This document shows, piece after piece, positions 29,597 through 37,595 of a stretch of 64,000 bases of DNA. The number at the start of each line of letters is the position of its first letter. Position 1 is the first letter of the stretch. The notes beneath the pieces were generated by a model. That model was not told the origin of the DNA. It ran no database searches and worked only from the letters and a program-made list of their open reading frames with translations. This DNA is from an uncultured Verrucomicrobiae bacterium (GTDB taxonomy: Bacteria > Verrucomicrobiota > Verrucomicrobiia > Limisphaerales > Palsa-1400). The position numbers and the translations under genes are program-made. The DNA is taken from positions 1,568,001 through 1,632,000 of the forward strand of contig OY969763.1 of the NCBI GenBank assembly GCA_963702845.1, given 5' to 3'.

Positions 29597-29710
29597 CTTG
29601 GAACTGGCTCCATAAGCTTGGTCGTAGGCAGCATACCAAAGAACAAACATCGCTATGAAAGCGACTGTGTCTCGGATGAGCAGCAGGCGTAACTTTTTAG
29701 ATGATGTCAT
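29591..29710 (-). CDS. Cassette-borne 39-aa peptide
   Basis: MTSSKKLRLLLIRDTVAFIAMFVLWYAAYDQAYGASSKL*; ATG 3 nt after R', TAA inside R''; below the ORF-track cutoff. Confidence 0.65.
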   Translation of the reverse strand: MTSSKKLRLLLIRDTVAFIAMFVLWYAAYDQAYGASSKL

Positions 29711-30164
29711 GGGTTCTAACGTAAAGGTCAGCGATCGGAGCCAGACGCCGCTGATGTTCGATTTCTCCCTGAGCGAATCGGCTGGCTCCGATTCGCTGCA
29801 CCGTTTGGTTCGGTGAAATTCCGTTCAATGGCGCGGCGCTTGGACTGAGCAACCTCAAACAACGCTCACGACTCGGCGATGGCTTCTGCTTCTGGGCGCT
29901 CTCAATCTGACGGTCAATCTCCTGGAGCTTCGTTTGTCCGATACTACGCCGGCGTGGGAGCCACTCCCTGGCGTCATGTGCCACCTTGGCCTCTAGCACC
30001 CGCCATCCCTTGTCGTCGTTTTTGCGCGGGATGCGCCAACGCCACTCAAGCTCCCAGAGGCGTCCTCCACACTGCGAACAACGGAGGTTCGTGTTCAAAC
30101 CGTAGGCTGCTTCCGCTCGACGGGAAGTTCGACAGGAAATGCAAATGTAGGTGCGACTGGACAT
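29697..30164 (-). CDS. Cassette-borne Zn-ribbon-like protein (frame reads through attC3; 3' end possibly frameshifted)
   Basis: CISC...CSQC, WRIPRKNDDKGW. Confidence 0.65.
   Translation of the reverse strand: MSSRTYICISCRTSRRAEAAYGLNTNLRCSQCGGRLWELEWRWRIPRKNDDKGWRVLEAKVAHDAREWLPRRRSIGQTKLQEIDRQIESAQKQKPSPSRERCLRLLSPSAAPLNGISPNQTVQRIGASRFAQGEIEHQRRLAPIADLYVRTHDII
29714..29814 (-). other. attC site 3
   Basis: Minus strand: ACCGAAC-CAAAC-GGTGCAGC...GCTGACC-TTTAC-GTTAGAA. Confidence 0.9.
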
Positions 30165-30178
30165 TCGCGCGCTATTTC

Positions 30179-30269
30179 ACCGAACGTGAAGCGCAGCCAC
30201 GCCGGGCCAGTGGCGCTGAAATGCAACCGTAACGCTCAGCCCGCGTTGGCTGACGCGACTGGGTTACGC
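30179..30269 (-). other. attC site 4
   Basis: Minus strand: GCGTAAC...GCTGCGC-TTCAC-GTTCGGT with imperfect dyad symmetry. Confidence 0.85.
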
Positions 30270-30272
30270 TGC

Positions 30273-30527
30273 TCATTTTGTTTGCTTCTCTCGCTGTCTC
30301 CGGCGGCGTGTCAATATTGTGCCCACAATCATCCAGACCGTGACCATGGCGGAAACGATGATCGCACCGCCCAAGTAATGCAAGGTGGGTGCTTGGTTTC
30401 CGTCGTAGTCGTGGATCGGGCCGATGCCAAAGGCAACTCGAACGACATACAACGCCCAAACGAACACAACGAACATCGCCCCAACCGTTGCGCGGAGCTT
30501 TGGTTGGTCTCTAAAGAAATCAGGCAT
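30273..30527 (-). CDS. Cassette-borne two-TM membrane protein (84 aa)
   Basis: ATG lies within the R' box GTTATGC; two hydrophobic helices and a basic tail. Confidence 0.7.
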   Translation of the reverse strand: MPDFFRDQPKLRATVGAMFVVFVWALYVVRVAFGIGPIHDYDGNQAPTLHYLGGAIIVSAMVTVWMIVGTILTRRRRQREKQTK

Positions 30528-30622
30528 AACGCCAGAACTCACACACGCCGGGTCGATAAGCGCTGTCCGCGAAGCGGAGCTGCGATGGCCATTCGGCGTT
30601 GTGTGCAGTGATTTTGTTAGGC
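30524..30622 (-). other. attC site 5
   Basis: Minus strand: GCCTAAC-AAAAT-CACTGCAC...GTGAGTTCTGGC-GTTATGC. Confidence 0.85.
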
Positions 30623-30623
30623 G

Positions 30624-30989
30624 TCATGATCGTAATCCTCCCGGCTCGTGAATCTCAATACGATTGCCAAACGGGTCGCGCACAAAGAAACGCTTCCACG
30701 GTGCGGGACGGCCATCATCCGTCTCCACGCCTGCTGCCTTCAATCTGGCTCTCAACCCATCAACGTCGACACACTCGAGGCCAAAGTGCCGCTGCACGTC
30801 TGGACCAAAACGCTGCTCCTCTGCTGATAAGTGAATATCAAGTCCACCGGCATCAAACCACACGCCGCCGCGAACCCGAAGCGGCTCAGGCTTTGGAATC
30901 TCACGTAAGCCAAGGTGTCCGCCATAGAACGAACGAGCAATCTCCTCACTGCCATTTGGTATGGTGACGTTGATGTGTGAGAGGTGCAT
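30624..30989 (-). CDS. Cassette-borne glyoxalase/VOC family protein
   Basis: LSHINV, FYG..LGLREIPKP, HFGL, RFFVRDPFGNRIEI. Confidence 0.9.
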   Translation of the reverse strand: MHLSHINVTIPNGSEEIARSFYGGHLGLREIPKPEPLRVRGGVWFDAGGLDIHLSAEEQRFGPDVQRHFGLECVDVDGLRARLKAAGVETDDGRPAPWKRFFVRDPFGNRIEIHEPGGLRS

Positions 30990-31000
30990 GAGTGTAAGAT

Positions 31001-31093
31001 GCCGAACGCCCCAAGCTCAGCGACGGCGGCCACAAGTCGCGCCGATTGCAACCGCGACGGCCCGCCGACATTCGCTGCAGCGCATGGTTAGGC
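31001..31093 (-). other. attC site 6
   Basis: Minus strand: GCCTAAC-CATGC-GCTGCAGC...GCTGAGC-TTGGGGC-GTTCGGC. Confidence 0.92.
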
Positions 31094-31729
31094 CGCATTT
31101 TGTTTTCGTTGCAAAATCCTAAAACCCATTAAACCTGCTACCGCTAAAAAATAAATGCTCGCACTCGCAGGCTCCGGAACACTTGTTACCAGCCAACTCC
31201 CCACTCCTGGAAAACTGGTGTTAACACCATAAGTAAGCGCGTCCCCTGGAACTCCGCTAACGCGGTAAGTTGGAACACCAGATGCGTAGAAGAAATCCAA
31301 GGATGAAACTACTTGTCCGCCGGAGTACGAAGTTCCTGTAATGCCAATCGTTTGGGGATGACCATCCTGAGAGGACGTGGCTCCAACCAGAGAAATGAGC
31401 GACTGTATTGAGGGATCAGCCGCTGGATAATCGCCCGTGCCAGGGATTCCCGCTGATGTGTAAAGACCGAGAACTTCCTGAGCTGTGGCAAATCTAAACC
31501 CGTTAAAAATTCCTCCAGATTGGGTCCCGGCAATCACCTGCTGATATGACAAGCCTGCGCTCGCGGTGAGATCAAGCCAGCTAAGTCCGGTGGACGTGTC
31601 TGTCGTCACAGAGTTTAGCCCAAAGCTTGGATTGCTTGCCTGAATTAAGTTTGCATTTGCCGGAAGACATGACAGACAAAGCGAAATGATCGCAGCAAAA
31701 GCGACATTGTGGATGTTTTTCATCTTCAC
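31088..31729 (-). CDS. Cassette-borne PEP-CTERM sorting-domain protein
   Basis: Signal peptide; C-terminal VPEP + TM helix + QRK; stop inside the attC6 R'' box. Confidence 0.88.
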   Translation of the reverse strand: MKMKNIHNVAFAAIISLCLSCLPANANLIQASNPSFGLNSVTTDTSTGLSWLDLTASAGLSYQQVIAGTQSGGIFNGFRFATAQEVLGLYTSAGIPGTGDYPAADPSIQSLISLVGATSSQDGHPQTIGITGTSYSGGQVVSSLDFFYASGVPTYRVSGVPGDALTYGVNTSFPGVGSWLVTSVPEPASASIYFLAVAGLMGFRILQRKQNAA

Positions 31730-31771
31730 CTCTTGTTGGTTGTTTTATGTGTAAGCGGCCTAGACCATATG

Positions 31772-31790
31772 GCTTAACGAGAAAGTCAGA
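31772..31790 (-). other. attC site 7, R' fragment (left of the IS)
   Basis: Minus strand: TCTGAC-TTTCTC-GTTAAGC, resembling the attC3 end GCTGACC-TTTAC-GTTAGAA. Confidence 0.75.
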
Positions 31791-31907
31791 TGGGTGTTTG
31801 ATCTCGGTGTTACGCGGGTTATCGGCGTGTGCCGACCTATCCGCAATATGAGAGTCCCGACGGCGGGTCGGGGCTGATTCAGCATCAATGAAAGAAACCA
31901 AACACCC

Positions 31908-33089
31908 ATGAATAAAATCGTGCATTACCTCGGTCTGGACGTCCACAAAGAAACTATTGCCGTGGCCATCGCGCCGCAGGATACCACCGAGGTCCGTTCC
32001 TACGGCATCATCGGCGGAGCCCTTGAAGCCGTCGAAAAGCTCGTCAAAAAACTATCTGCACAAAACATTGAACTGCGTTTTGTTTACGAAGCGGGTCCCT
32101 GCGGCTTTGTCATTCATCGCTATCTTAAAAGCAAAGGCATCCAATGCGATGTGGTGTCGCCTTCGCTCATTCCCAAAAAGGCTTCCGACCGGGTGAAGAC
32201 TGATCGGCGTGATGCCGAGCAACTGGCCCGTCTTTATCGGGCGGGAGAACTGAGGGCCATCTACGTGCCTGATCAGGAGGATGAAGCTATCCGCGATTTG
32301 ATCCGGGCCCGCACTGCGGCGGTGTGTGACCAGCGCCAGGCCCGAAATCGTTTGAAAGGCTTTTTGTTGCGACTGGGTTTTCGTTACAGCGGCAAGACCA
32401 GTTGGAACGATGCGCACAAGCGTTATCTCTCCGGCTTGCTCATGCCGCAACCGGCGCAGCAAATCGTCTTTCAGGAATGCATTCATACGATCGACGACGC
32501 CAGCCAGCGACTGGAACGACTGACTCAAGCAGTGGAAAACTCTTTGTCGGGCTGGAAATGGGAACCGGTGGTGCGCGGGCTGATGAGCTTGCGTGGGGTG
32601 CAAGTGCTCAACGGGATGACTTTGGTGGCTGAGGCTGGGGACATGACCCGCTTTACTGAGCCGCGGCAGCTGATGAGTTTTTTTGGACTGACTTCCTGCG
32701 AGCACAGCAGCGGCGGAAAACGCAGCCAAGGTGGGATTACTAAATGCGGCAACACCCACTGCCGGCGCGTCCTGACCGAAGCGTCCTGGCATTACCGTCT
32801 CAAACCGCAGGTCAGCGAGGTCATGCAAAAATGACAGGAAAAACAAAGCAAAGAAGTCCGCTTGATCGCATGGAAAGCTCAACAGCGACTGCATAAACGG
32901 TTCCGCTTCCTATCGGTTCGTAAAAAGAGCGTCGTGGTGGTCACTGCCATTGCGCGTGAACTGACCGGCTTTGTCTGGGCCATCGCCTGCCAGATCAAAG
33001 CGCCGCAAAAACCAGCTGCGCCGGAAATTATCCGGACCTGCCGCGGCCGCGTTTACAAACTGAATCCAACCCGAACTTATAAAAAATAA
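31908..33089 (+). pseudogene. IS110-family DEDD transposase/recombinase with in-frame TGA at 32832-32834
   Basis: GLDVHK, YEAGPCGF, KTDRRDA, EHSSGG...GGITKCGN; the same frame continues after the stop (IAWKAQQRL...TAIAREL.GFVWAI). Confidence 0.9.
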
Positions 33090-33247
33090 CATTTAAGAAT
33101 GAAGTGGCACGAACCGATTATCAGCAAACCAACTGCTGATGAGCACGTGAGCCGAAGCGCTATCGCGCCAGCTCTCGCTACGCTGCCGCTGCGCTCACCC
33201 GGTCGAATCGCTGGGCAAAACCGAACAAATAAAAAAACTTTAACTTT

Positions 33248-33472
33248 GCAGTGGATTGATGAGTTGGCAGAGAGCAGCTCGGTTAGGCGAACCCTCGTGA
33301 GTGTTAAGAGGAAGTTCCTTGCGAACGAACCCTCGTGCCTAGAGAGAGGAAGCGCCGCGACTCGAACCGTGGTCAGGTCGATAAGTCAGGTCTTCAGACC
33401 CGATGAACTCACGCATATCAGCAGGATCAACCGTCGTTGATTGCTGCTTCTGCCAACTCAACAGTCCATTGC
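33248..33472 (+). ncRNA. Candidate bridge/seek-type RNA in the IS110 right end
   Basis: 33248-33278 and 33443-33472 form a ~30-bp stem with two G-U pairs, one mismatch and one bulge; location fits known IS110-family ncRNAs. Confidence 0.6.
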
Positions 33473-33483
33473 TCAATGTCAGA

Positions 33484-33564
33484 CGGTGAGTGGCGCCGGG
33501 CCACAGACGTCCGATATGCAAACAGAGCGCGCCACCGGCGTCCACTCCACTGCGCTCGTTAGGC
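33484..33564 (-). other. attC site 7, main body (right of the IS)
   Basis: Minus strand: GCCTAAC-GAGCG-CAGTGGAG-TGGACGCCGG...CCGGCGCCA-CTCACCG. Confidence 0.85.
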
Positions 33565-34107
33565 CAATGGTCCGCCTCTGTATCCAAAATACTCAAAACA
33601 ATTCGTCTCCTCTGAAGTCTCGACCTCATCGTCCTGAAATGCGTTCAGACGCTCATCGGGATTCTTCAACAATCTACGGGCAGCAACGACTTCGGGGTGT
33701 TGAAGAAATCGCTGTACCGCGGCGTGAACAAGCCGGTCAGCCTCCTCAGTAAACATGCCGAACTGCTGCGGCAGCCTATAAGCTCTCACTGGCATTAAGA
33801 AGCTCTTGAGAATCGCAGCATATAGCCTGTCTCGAACTGCTGTATCTCCCAGTTCCCCATGCTTTGCATAGGTCTTATCCAGCGCCGTCAAAAACTGTTT
33901 CAACGCGCTTCTGATAATCCGAGTCTTTTTATCGTAAGCAACGCGCTCCTTATCGCGTCGCTTCTTGAGAGGCTTTTCAGCAATCTCAATCGACAATTTC
34001 ATACTGAAAAGCAGTTTGAGTTTCTCATCGTCGGTCTTAGCCTTCGACAATCGCTCAAGCAATTCACCTAGTTCCGTTATGCGCTTCCTGAGGGGCTTAG
34101 CGCTCAT
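33559..34107 (-). CDS. First-cassette hypothetical protein (182 aa, helical)
   Basis: ATG 3 nt after GTTAGGC; TAA inside R'' of attC7. Confidence 0.8.
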   Translation of the reverse strand: MSAKPLRKRITELGELLERLSKAKTDDEKLKLLFSMKLSIEIAEKPLKKRRDKERVAYDKKTRIIRSALKQFLTALDKTYAKHGELGDTAVRDRLYAAILKSFLMPVRAYRLPQQFGMFTEEADRLVHAAVQRFLQHPEVVAARRLLKNPDERLNAFQDDEVETSEETNCFEYFGYRGGPLA

Positions 34108-34110
34108 GTG

Positions 34111-34129
34111 GCCTAACTATGATTATGCG
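34111..34129 (-). other. attI-like simple site at the head of the array
   Basis: Minus strand CGCATAAT-CATA-GTTAGGC: R box preceded by a close inverted L-like box, with no attC hairpin upstream. Confidence 0.55.
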
Positions 34130-34347
34130 ACGAGGTGTCGCGGTAATTTTGATATACGAACGGTTGGTTCATATCGGTTGAGGAGACTATTGTTCTGCTG
34201 CCGTTGCCGATCAAGCGCAACAAAACGCATCTCTTCGCCGACGTGATCGACCGCCTGCCGCACGAAAAAGTAAATACCACGGTAAGTGTCCGCGCTTGGT
34301 TAAGGATGTGGATATGTGTAGGACGTGATACCTGCTTCGAATGCAAA

Positions 34348-34842
34348 CTATTTCCTTGCTGACAGCGGCAAGGCCGATTCCTGCAAGAGTGCGCAGAGTT
34401 CAAACGGCTCGGGAGCGGCCATCAGATTGGCCAGGTCGTAGAACCAAATTGTGACCATATTTTTGAGAGCAGCCGGCTGGTAATCCCCACCTATTTTTCC
34501 CGTCACGAACCTCACTGATGCGAAGATGGACCAGCCGCCTTCTTTGGAGTCGAACTCCTCGCGGTTCAAAACAAATTTTGCGAGGTTTGCCTGTCTGTTG
34601 ATCTTGCTCAGGTAAGCGTGTATGGCGCTGGCTTTTTTATCGCGCCGGTTCATCGGTTTCGCCGCGAGCATCGTGCCCAGTTGCAGGTAATATGGATTTA
34701 CCAAAACGTGACTGCGCAACGGCATCTCCGCATGAAAAATCTCGAACTCTGTGCCTTTAAGATCTCGAACCGTGCAATCGGCGGCGCGAATAGTGGACTT
34801 GAGGCGCGCAAGTTGGTTGGGACTCAGCTTCGGTTTTGGCAT
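34348..34842 (-). CDS. Hypothetical protein, possibly YbjN/T3SS-chaperone-like fold
   Basis: 164-aa ORF; AYLSKINRQANLAKF pattern; the fold call is weak. Confidence 0.6.
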   Translation of the reverse strand: MPKPKLSPNQLARLKSTIRAADCTVRDLKGTEFEIFHAEMPLRSHVLVNPYYLQLGTMLAAKPMNRRDKKASAIHAYLSKINRQANLAKFVLNREEFDSKEGGWSIFASVRFVTGKIGGDYQPAALKNMVTIWFYDLANLMAAPEPFELCALLQESALPLSARK

Positions 34843-35010
34843 AGATTGGATTCAGCATGAATCAGTCTCTCCTGCGTTTTCAACTCATTCTGATTCGGTT
34901 ATAATCGGTAGCGGGAGGTCAGAGTCGCCGGGGGAGGATGCCGATGAAGAAATAGATGAACTTTTTGACTCCTGCGTCGCGCTGTCGTGAAACTTCGTTT
35001 GAGGGCTTTG

Positions 35011-35179
35011 ACCCAGGGTAGCGCCCCGCTGCCCTCCGCAACCGTGGGCTGGAGGCTGCAACTCCTTTGGAGTTGTGAAAATGGACGGGGTTCAATCGTC
35101 GCTACGCGACGAAAATTCTTTTGGCTTTCACGGTCCCTGGGATGAATCCCACGGCTGCCTTCGGGAACCGCTACGCGGT
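35011..35179. repeat. Cluster of REP-like palindromes
   Basis: CCCAGGG...CCGTGGG, CAACTCC-TTT-GGAGTTG, TCGTCGC-TAC-GCGACGA, TGGGAT-GA-ATCCCA, ACCGC-TAC-GCGGT. Confidence 0.65.
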
Positions 35180-35198
35180 GCTCCATCGGAACCCTTTC

Positions 35199-36278
35199 TT
35201 ATTGGGGCAGCTTGCCCTGCTTAAAACTCTCCAGCGCTTGCGCGAGCTGGTCTTTGATCCCTGGCTCAGCCCCGCCCAAGGCCTCGGTCTCCAGTTGGAT
35301 GGCTCTCTCTTTTTTGCCTTGTAGGAACGCGAGGCGAGCTTGGGTGTGGAGGAATTCAGGCTCTGGTGCTTTCAATAGGGTGACGGCGCGTTCCATGAGC
35401 AAATTTGCCGTGTTGAGAATAACGTTATTGGTGGGGTTCCGATTGGCTATGGTCCGCGCTATGCGGTTCTGCACATACGGATTATCGCTGTTTTCATCGC
35501 TGAGCTGCATCGCCACCTTGCTGGCAGCGTCGAAGTCTTTCTTGCCCATGAGGACGGTGATGCGAAGGCATTGGGTGACGGGTTTTTTTTGAGGAAAAAT
35601 TTTGTCCAACTCGTCGATTTCCTTCATCGCCTTGTCCCACTGCTTGGTTTTCCAGGCTTGTTTGCCCAATTCATTGTGTGTTTCCCATGCTTCGGATTTG
35701 GTTGGTAACGCTTCCTTCTCGAGTGCCCGCTTCTTTGGGTCGAAGGTGTCTGCGAGAAGATGATCGATGATTTTCTCGTCCAGGTCATTGGGGTGACCGA
35801 TGAAGGCGATTTTTCCCTGTTTATCGATGACGAATGCTATTGGAATACCTTCTTCCGCGGGATTCAGCCAGGTTTCCACCATCTTTCCAAAAAACTTGTT
35901 GGTCACACCGGTACCATCATCAAGCGCAACGCGGTAGGTCATTAAGTCGCCCATTTGTTTTATGAAGGGTTCAACGCGTTTCACGTCTCCCTGCTTGGTG
36001 TTCTGGCCGATGACAACGACTCCCTTGTCCTTGTATTTATTATGGAGTCGATTCAGGTGTGAAATGGCCTCTTTGCAAGGAGCCCACCACGTGGCCCAGA
36101 ATTCGACGATGTAAATTGTCCCTGGTTTGAATTCCTTGACCGGTTCGCCCTGCACCCATTTTGAAACGTAAAGTTTCGGAGCTGCGTCTCCTTCACGGAG
36201 CGTGGCCGCATTGGTCGAAAGAATGGTGGCGGTGAGTGCCGTCAGGGCGGCACACCGGATTATGGCTTTTAGCTTCAT
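35199..36278 (-). CDS. Secreted TlpA/redoxin-family protein with C-terminal TPR-like helices
   Basis: Signal peptide; VEFWATWWAPC (first Cys of WCxPC replaced by Trp); GIPIAFVIDKQGKI. Confidence 0.85.
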   Translation of the reverse strand: MKLKAIIRCAALTALTATILSTNAATLREGDAAPKLYVSKWVQGEPVKEFKPGTIYIVEFWATWWAPCKEAISHLNRLHNKYKDKGVVVIGQNTKQGDVKRVEPFIKQMGDLMTYRVALDDGTGVTNKFFGKMVETWLNPAEEGIPIAFVIDKQGKIAFIGHPNDLDEKIIDHLLADTFDPKKRALEKEALPTKSEAWETHNELGKQAWKTKQWDKAMKEIDELDKIFPQKKPVTQCLRITVLMGKKDFDAASKVAMQLSDENSDNPYVQNRIARTIANRNPTNNVILNTANLLMERAVTLLKAPEPEFLHTQARLAFLQGKKERAIQLETEALGGAEPGIKDQLAQALESFKQGKLPQ

Positions 36279-36455
36279 TGGGCAAACAGGGAATTGGTTG
36301 GTATTATCATGCATCTGGCATCGCTGTGTAACACCCTAGATTGAGGGTGTATGAACGTGGTCGTGCCGCTGTTATGGTGACAGTGTTCCACCCGTTATAA
36401 CCTTATAACTAAATCACAGCGGCACTGTGCCGTTAAGCGAAAACCAAACTACATT

Positions 36456-37388
36456 ATGAAAAACGTTCTAGCTCTGGCATCAGCCACATTGTCCTTGCTG
36501 GTCGCAACACCGGCTGTTTACGCCGGGTCTACCGGATTCTTGCGAATCCACATGGTCGCCAGCTCCGACCCAAACCGTCCGCAGGGTTCGCGGGCTGATT
36601 GTTGGATCATCGAGCTTCCTGACAACACCAGAATGGTCGTCGATATTGGCGATGATGGCTATTACGGAGCCGTGACCAGCAGGCTTACGGCGTTGGGGAT
36701 TTCCCAGGTCAAATACCTGGTCGGCACCCATGATCACGTCGATCATATCGGCGATATGAATGCGTTCGTGAGCAACGGGTGGGTCAACAACACGACGATG
36801 TGGTTTCCCAAAGGCGCTATCAATACGCAGACGACTTACTACAGCGACCTGGTGAATGCTTTGAACAACAAAGGCATGTCGATGACGAAGATCGTGGCCG
36901 GCACCTATATCATCAACACGACCTATAGCGGCAAGGCGTTTAAAATTCGCTGCCTCAGCCCGGAGAATTCTAAAGTAGATGGTGGCGCCGATGATTGGGG
37001 TTCCGAAAACGAGGCTTCATTGGTCCTCAAAATCACCTATGGCGCCAAGTCGATCCTGATGCAGGCCGATGCCTATGGAAATGTTGAAGACAGTATTCTT
37101 GCTGGCCCGTATGGGAGCGAAATCAACCTTTGCCAGGTTCTCAAGGTCGGACACCATGGTGTCAACGCCAATGGCGCTATTTCCTGCCGCGAAGCATATC
37201 TGGATGCCGCCGGAGTGAACAAAGCGCTGATCAGCAATGGTAATTTGGCGATCGACCCCACGATCAAAGCCAGACTGCAGGCGAGAAACATCCATTATTT
37301 CTCTACGGGTTTTGGCGACGGCTATTGCTACCTCGAAACCGATGGCTCGTCCAATTGGGTGGAAAGCGAAGCTCCGCAATGGCCTTAA
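36456..37388 (+). CDS. Secreted metallo-beta-lactamase-fold hydrolase (ComEC/Rec2 MBL-like)
   Basis: Signal peptide; THDHVDHIG, ENEASLV, VLKVGHHG. Confidence 0.85.
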   Translation: MKNVLALASATLSLLVATPAVYAGSTGFLRIHMVASSDPNRPQGSRADCWIIELPDNTRMVVDIGDDGYYGAVTSRLTALGISQVKYLVGTHDHVDHIGDMNAFVSNGWVNNTTMWFPKGAINTQTTYYSDLVNALNNKGMSMTKIVAGTYIINTTYSGKAFKIRCLSPENSKVDGGADDWGSENEASLVLKITYGAKSILMQADAYGNVEDSILAGPYGSEINLCQVLKVGHHGVNANGAISCREAYLDAAGVNKALISNGNLAIDPTIKARLQARNIHYFSTGFGDGYCYLETDGSSNWVESEAPQWP

Positions 37389-37595
37389 GCCATTGAAGGG
37401 GGCACACAGGGGCGTCATTCAATACCTGGATATTTCGGACATCGGGTGGTTCGTCGAGTCCAACGTCCAATTCTGAACGAGGGATAATTCGGAGGGGGGG
37501 CGGCGCGCGCGGAGCCGGAAAGACGGAACAACAGGACTTGATGCACCGCTCAGCGGATGCTGTCCGGTTCGCCAACGCGCCCTACCTGGCACGGC

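Larger units (their letters stand above)
31791..33483 (+). mobile_element. IS110-family insertion sequence inserted in attC7
   Basis: GTCAGA at both junctions (31785-31790, 33478-33483); short left and long right non-coding ends; transposase antiparallel to the cassettes. Confidence 0.85.
28449..34129 (-). mobile_element. Integron gene-cassette array without integrase in the window (attI-like site, 7 attC, 8 cassettes)
   Basis: Co-oriented single ORFs separated by 91-123 bp imperfect palindromes bounded by ...AAC and GTT... boxes; several stop codons lie inside the R'' box. Confidence 0.9.

Noticed and set aside
33099..33440. 113-aa ORF downstream of the transposase
   Set aside because: No recognisable motif; it overlaps the structured IS right end, which is better explained as non-coding.
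29045..33564. CRISPR array suggested by recurring GCTGCAGCGCATGGTTAG words
   Set aside because: Repeats are long, variable palindromes separated by whole genes, which is attC geometry; no cas genes.
34113..34403. Possible integrase remnant upstream of the attI-like site
   Set aside because: No tyrosine-recombinase motifs (e.g. HxLRH) seen in any frame I read.
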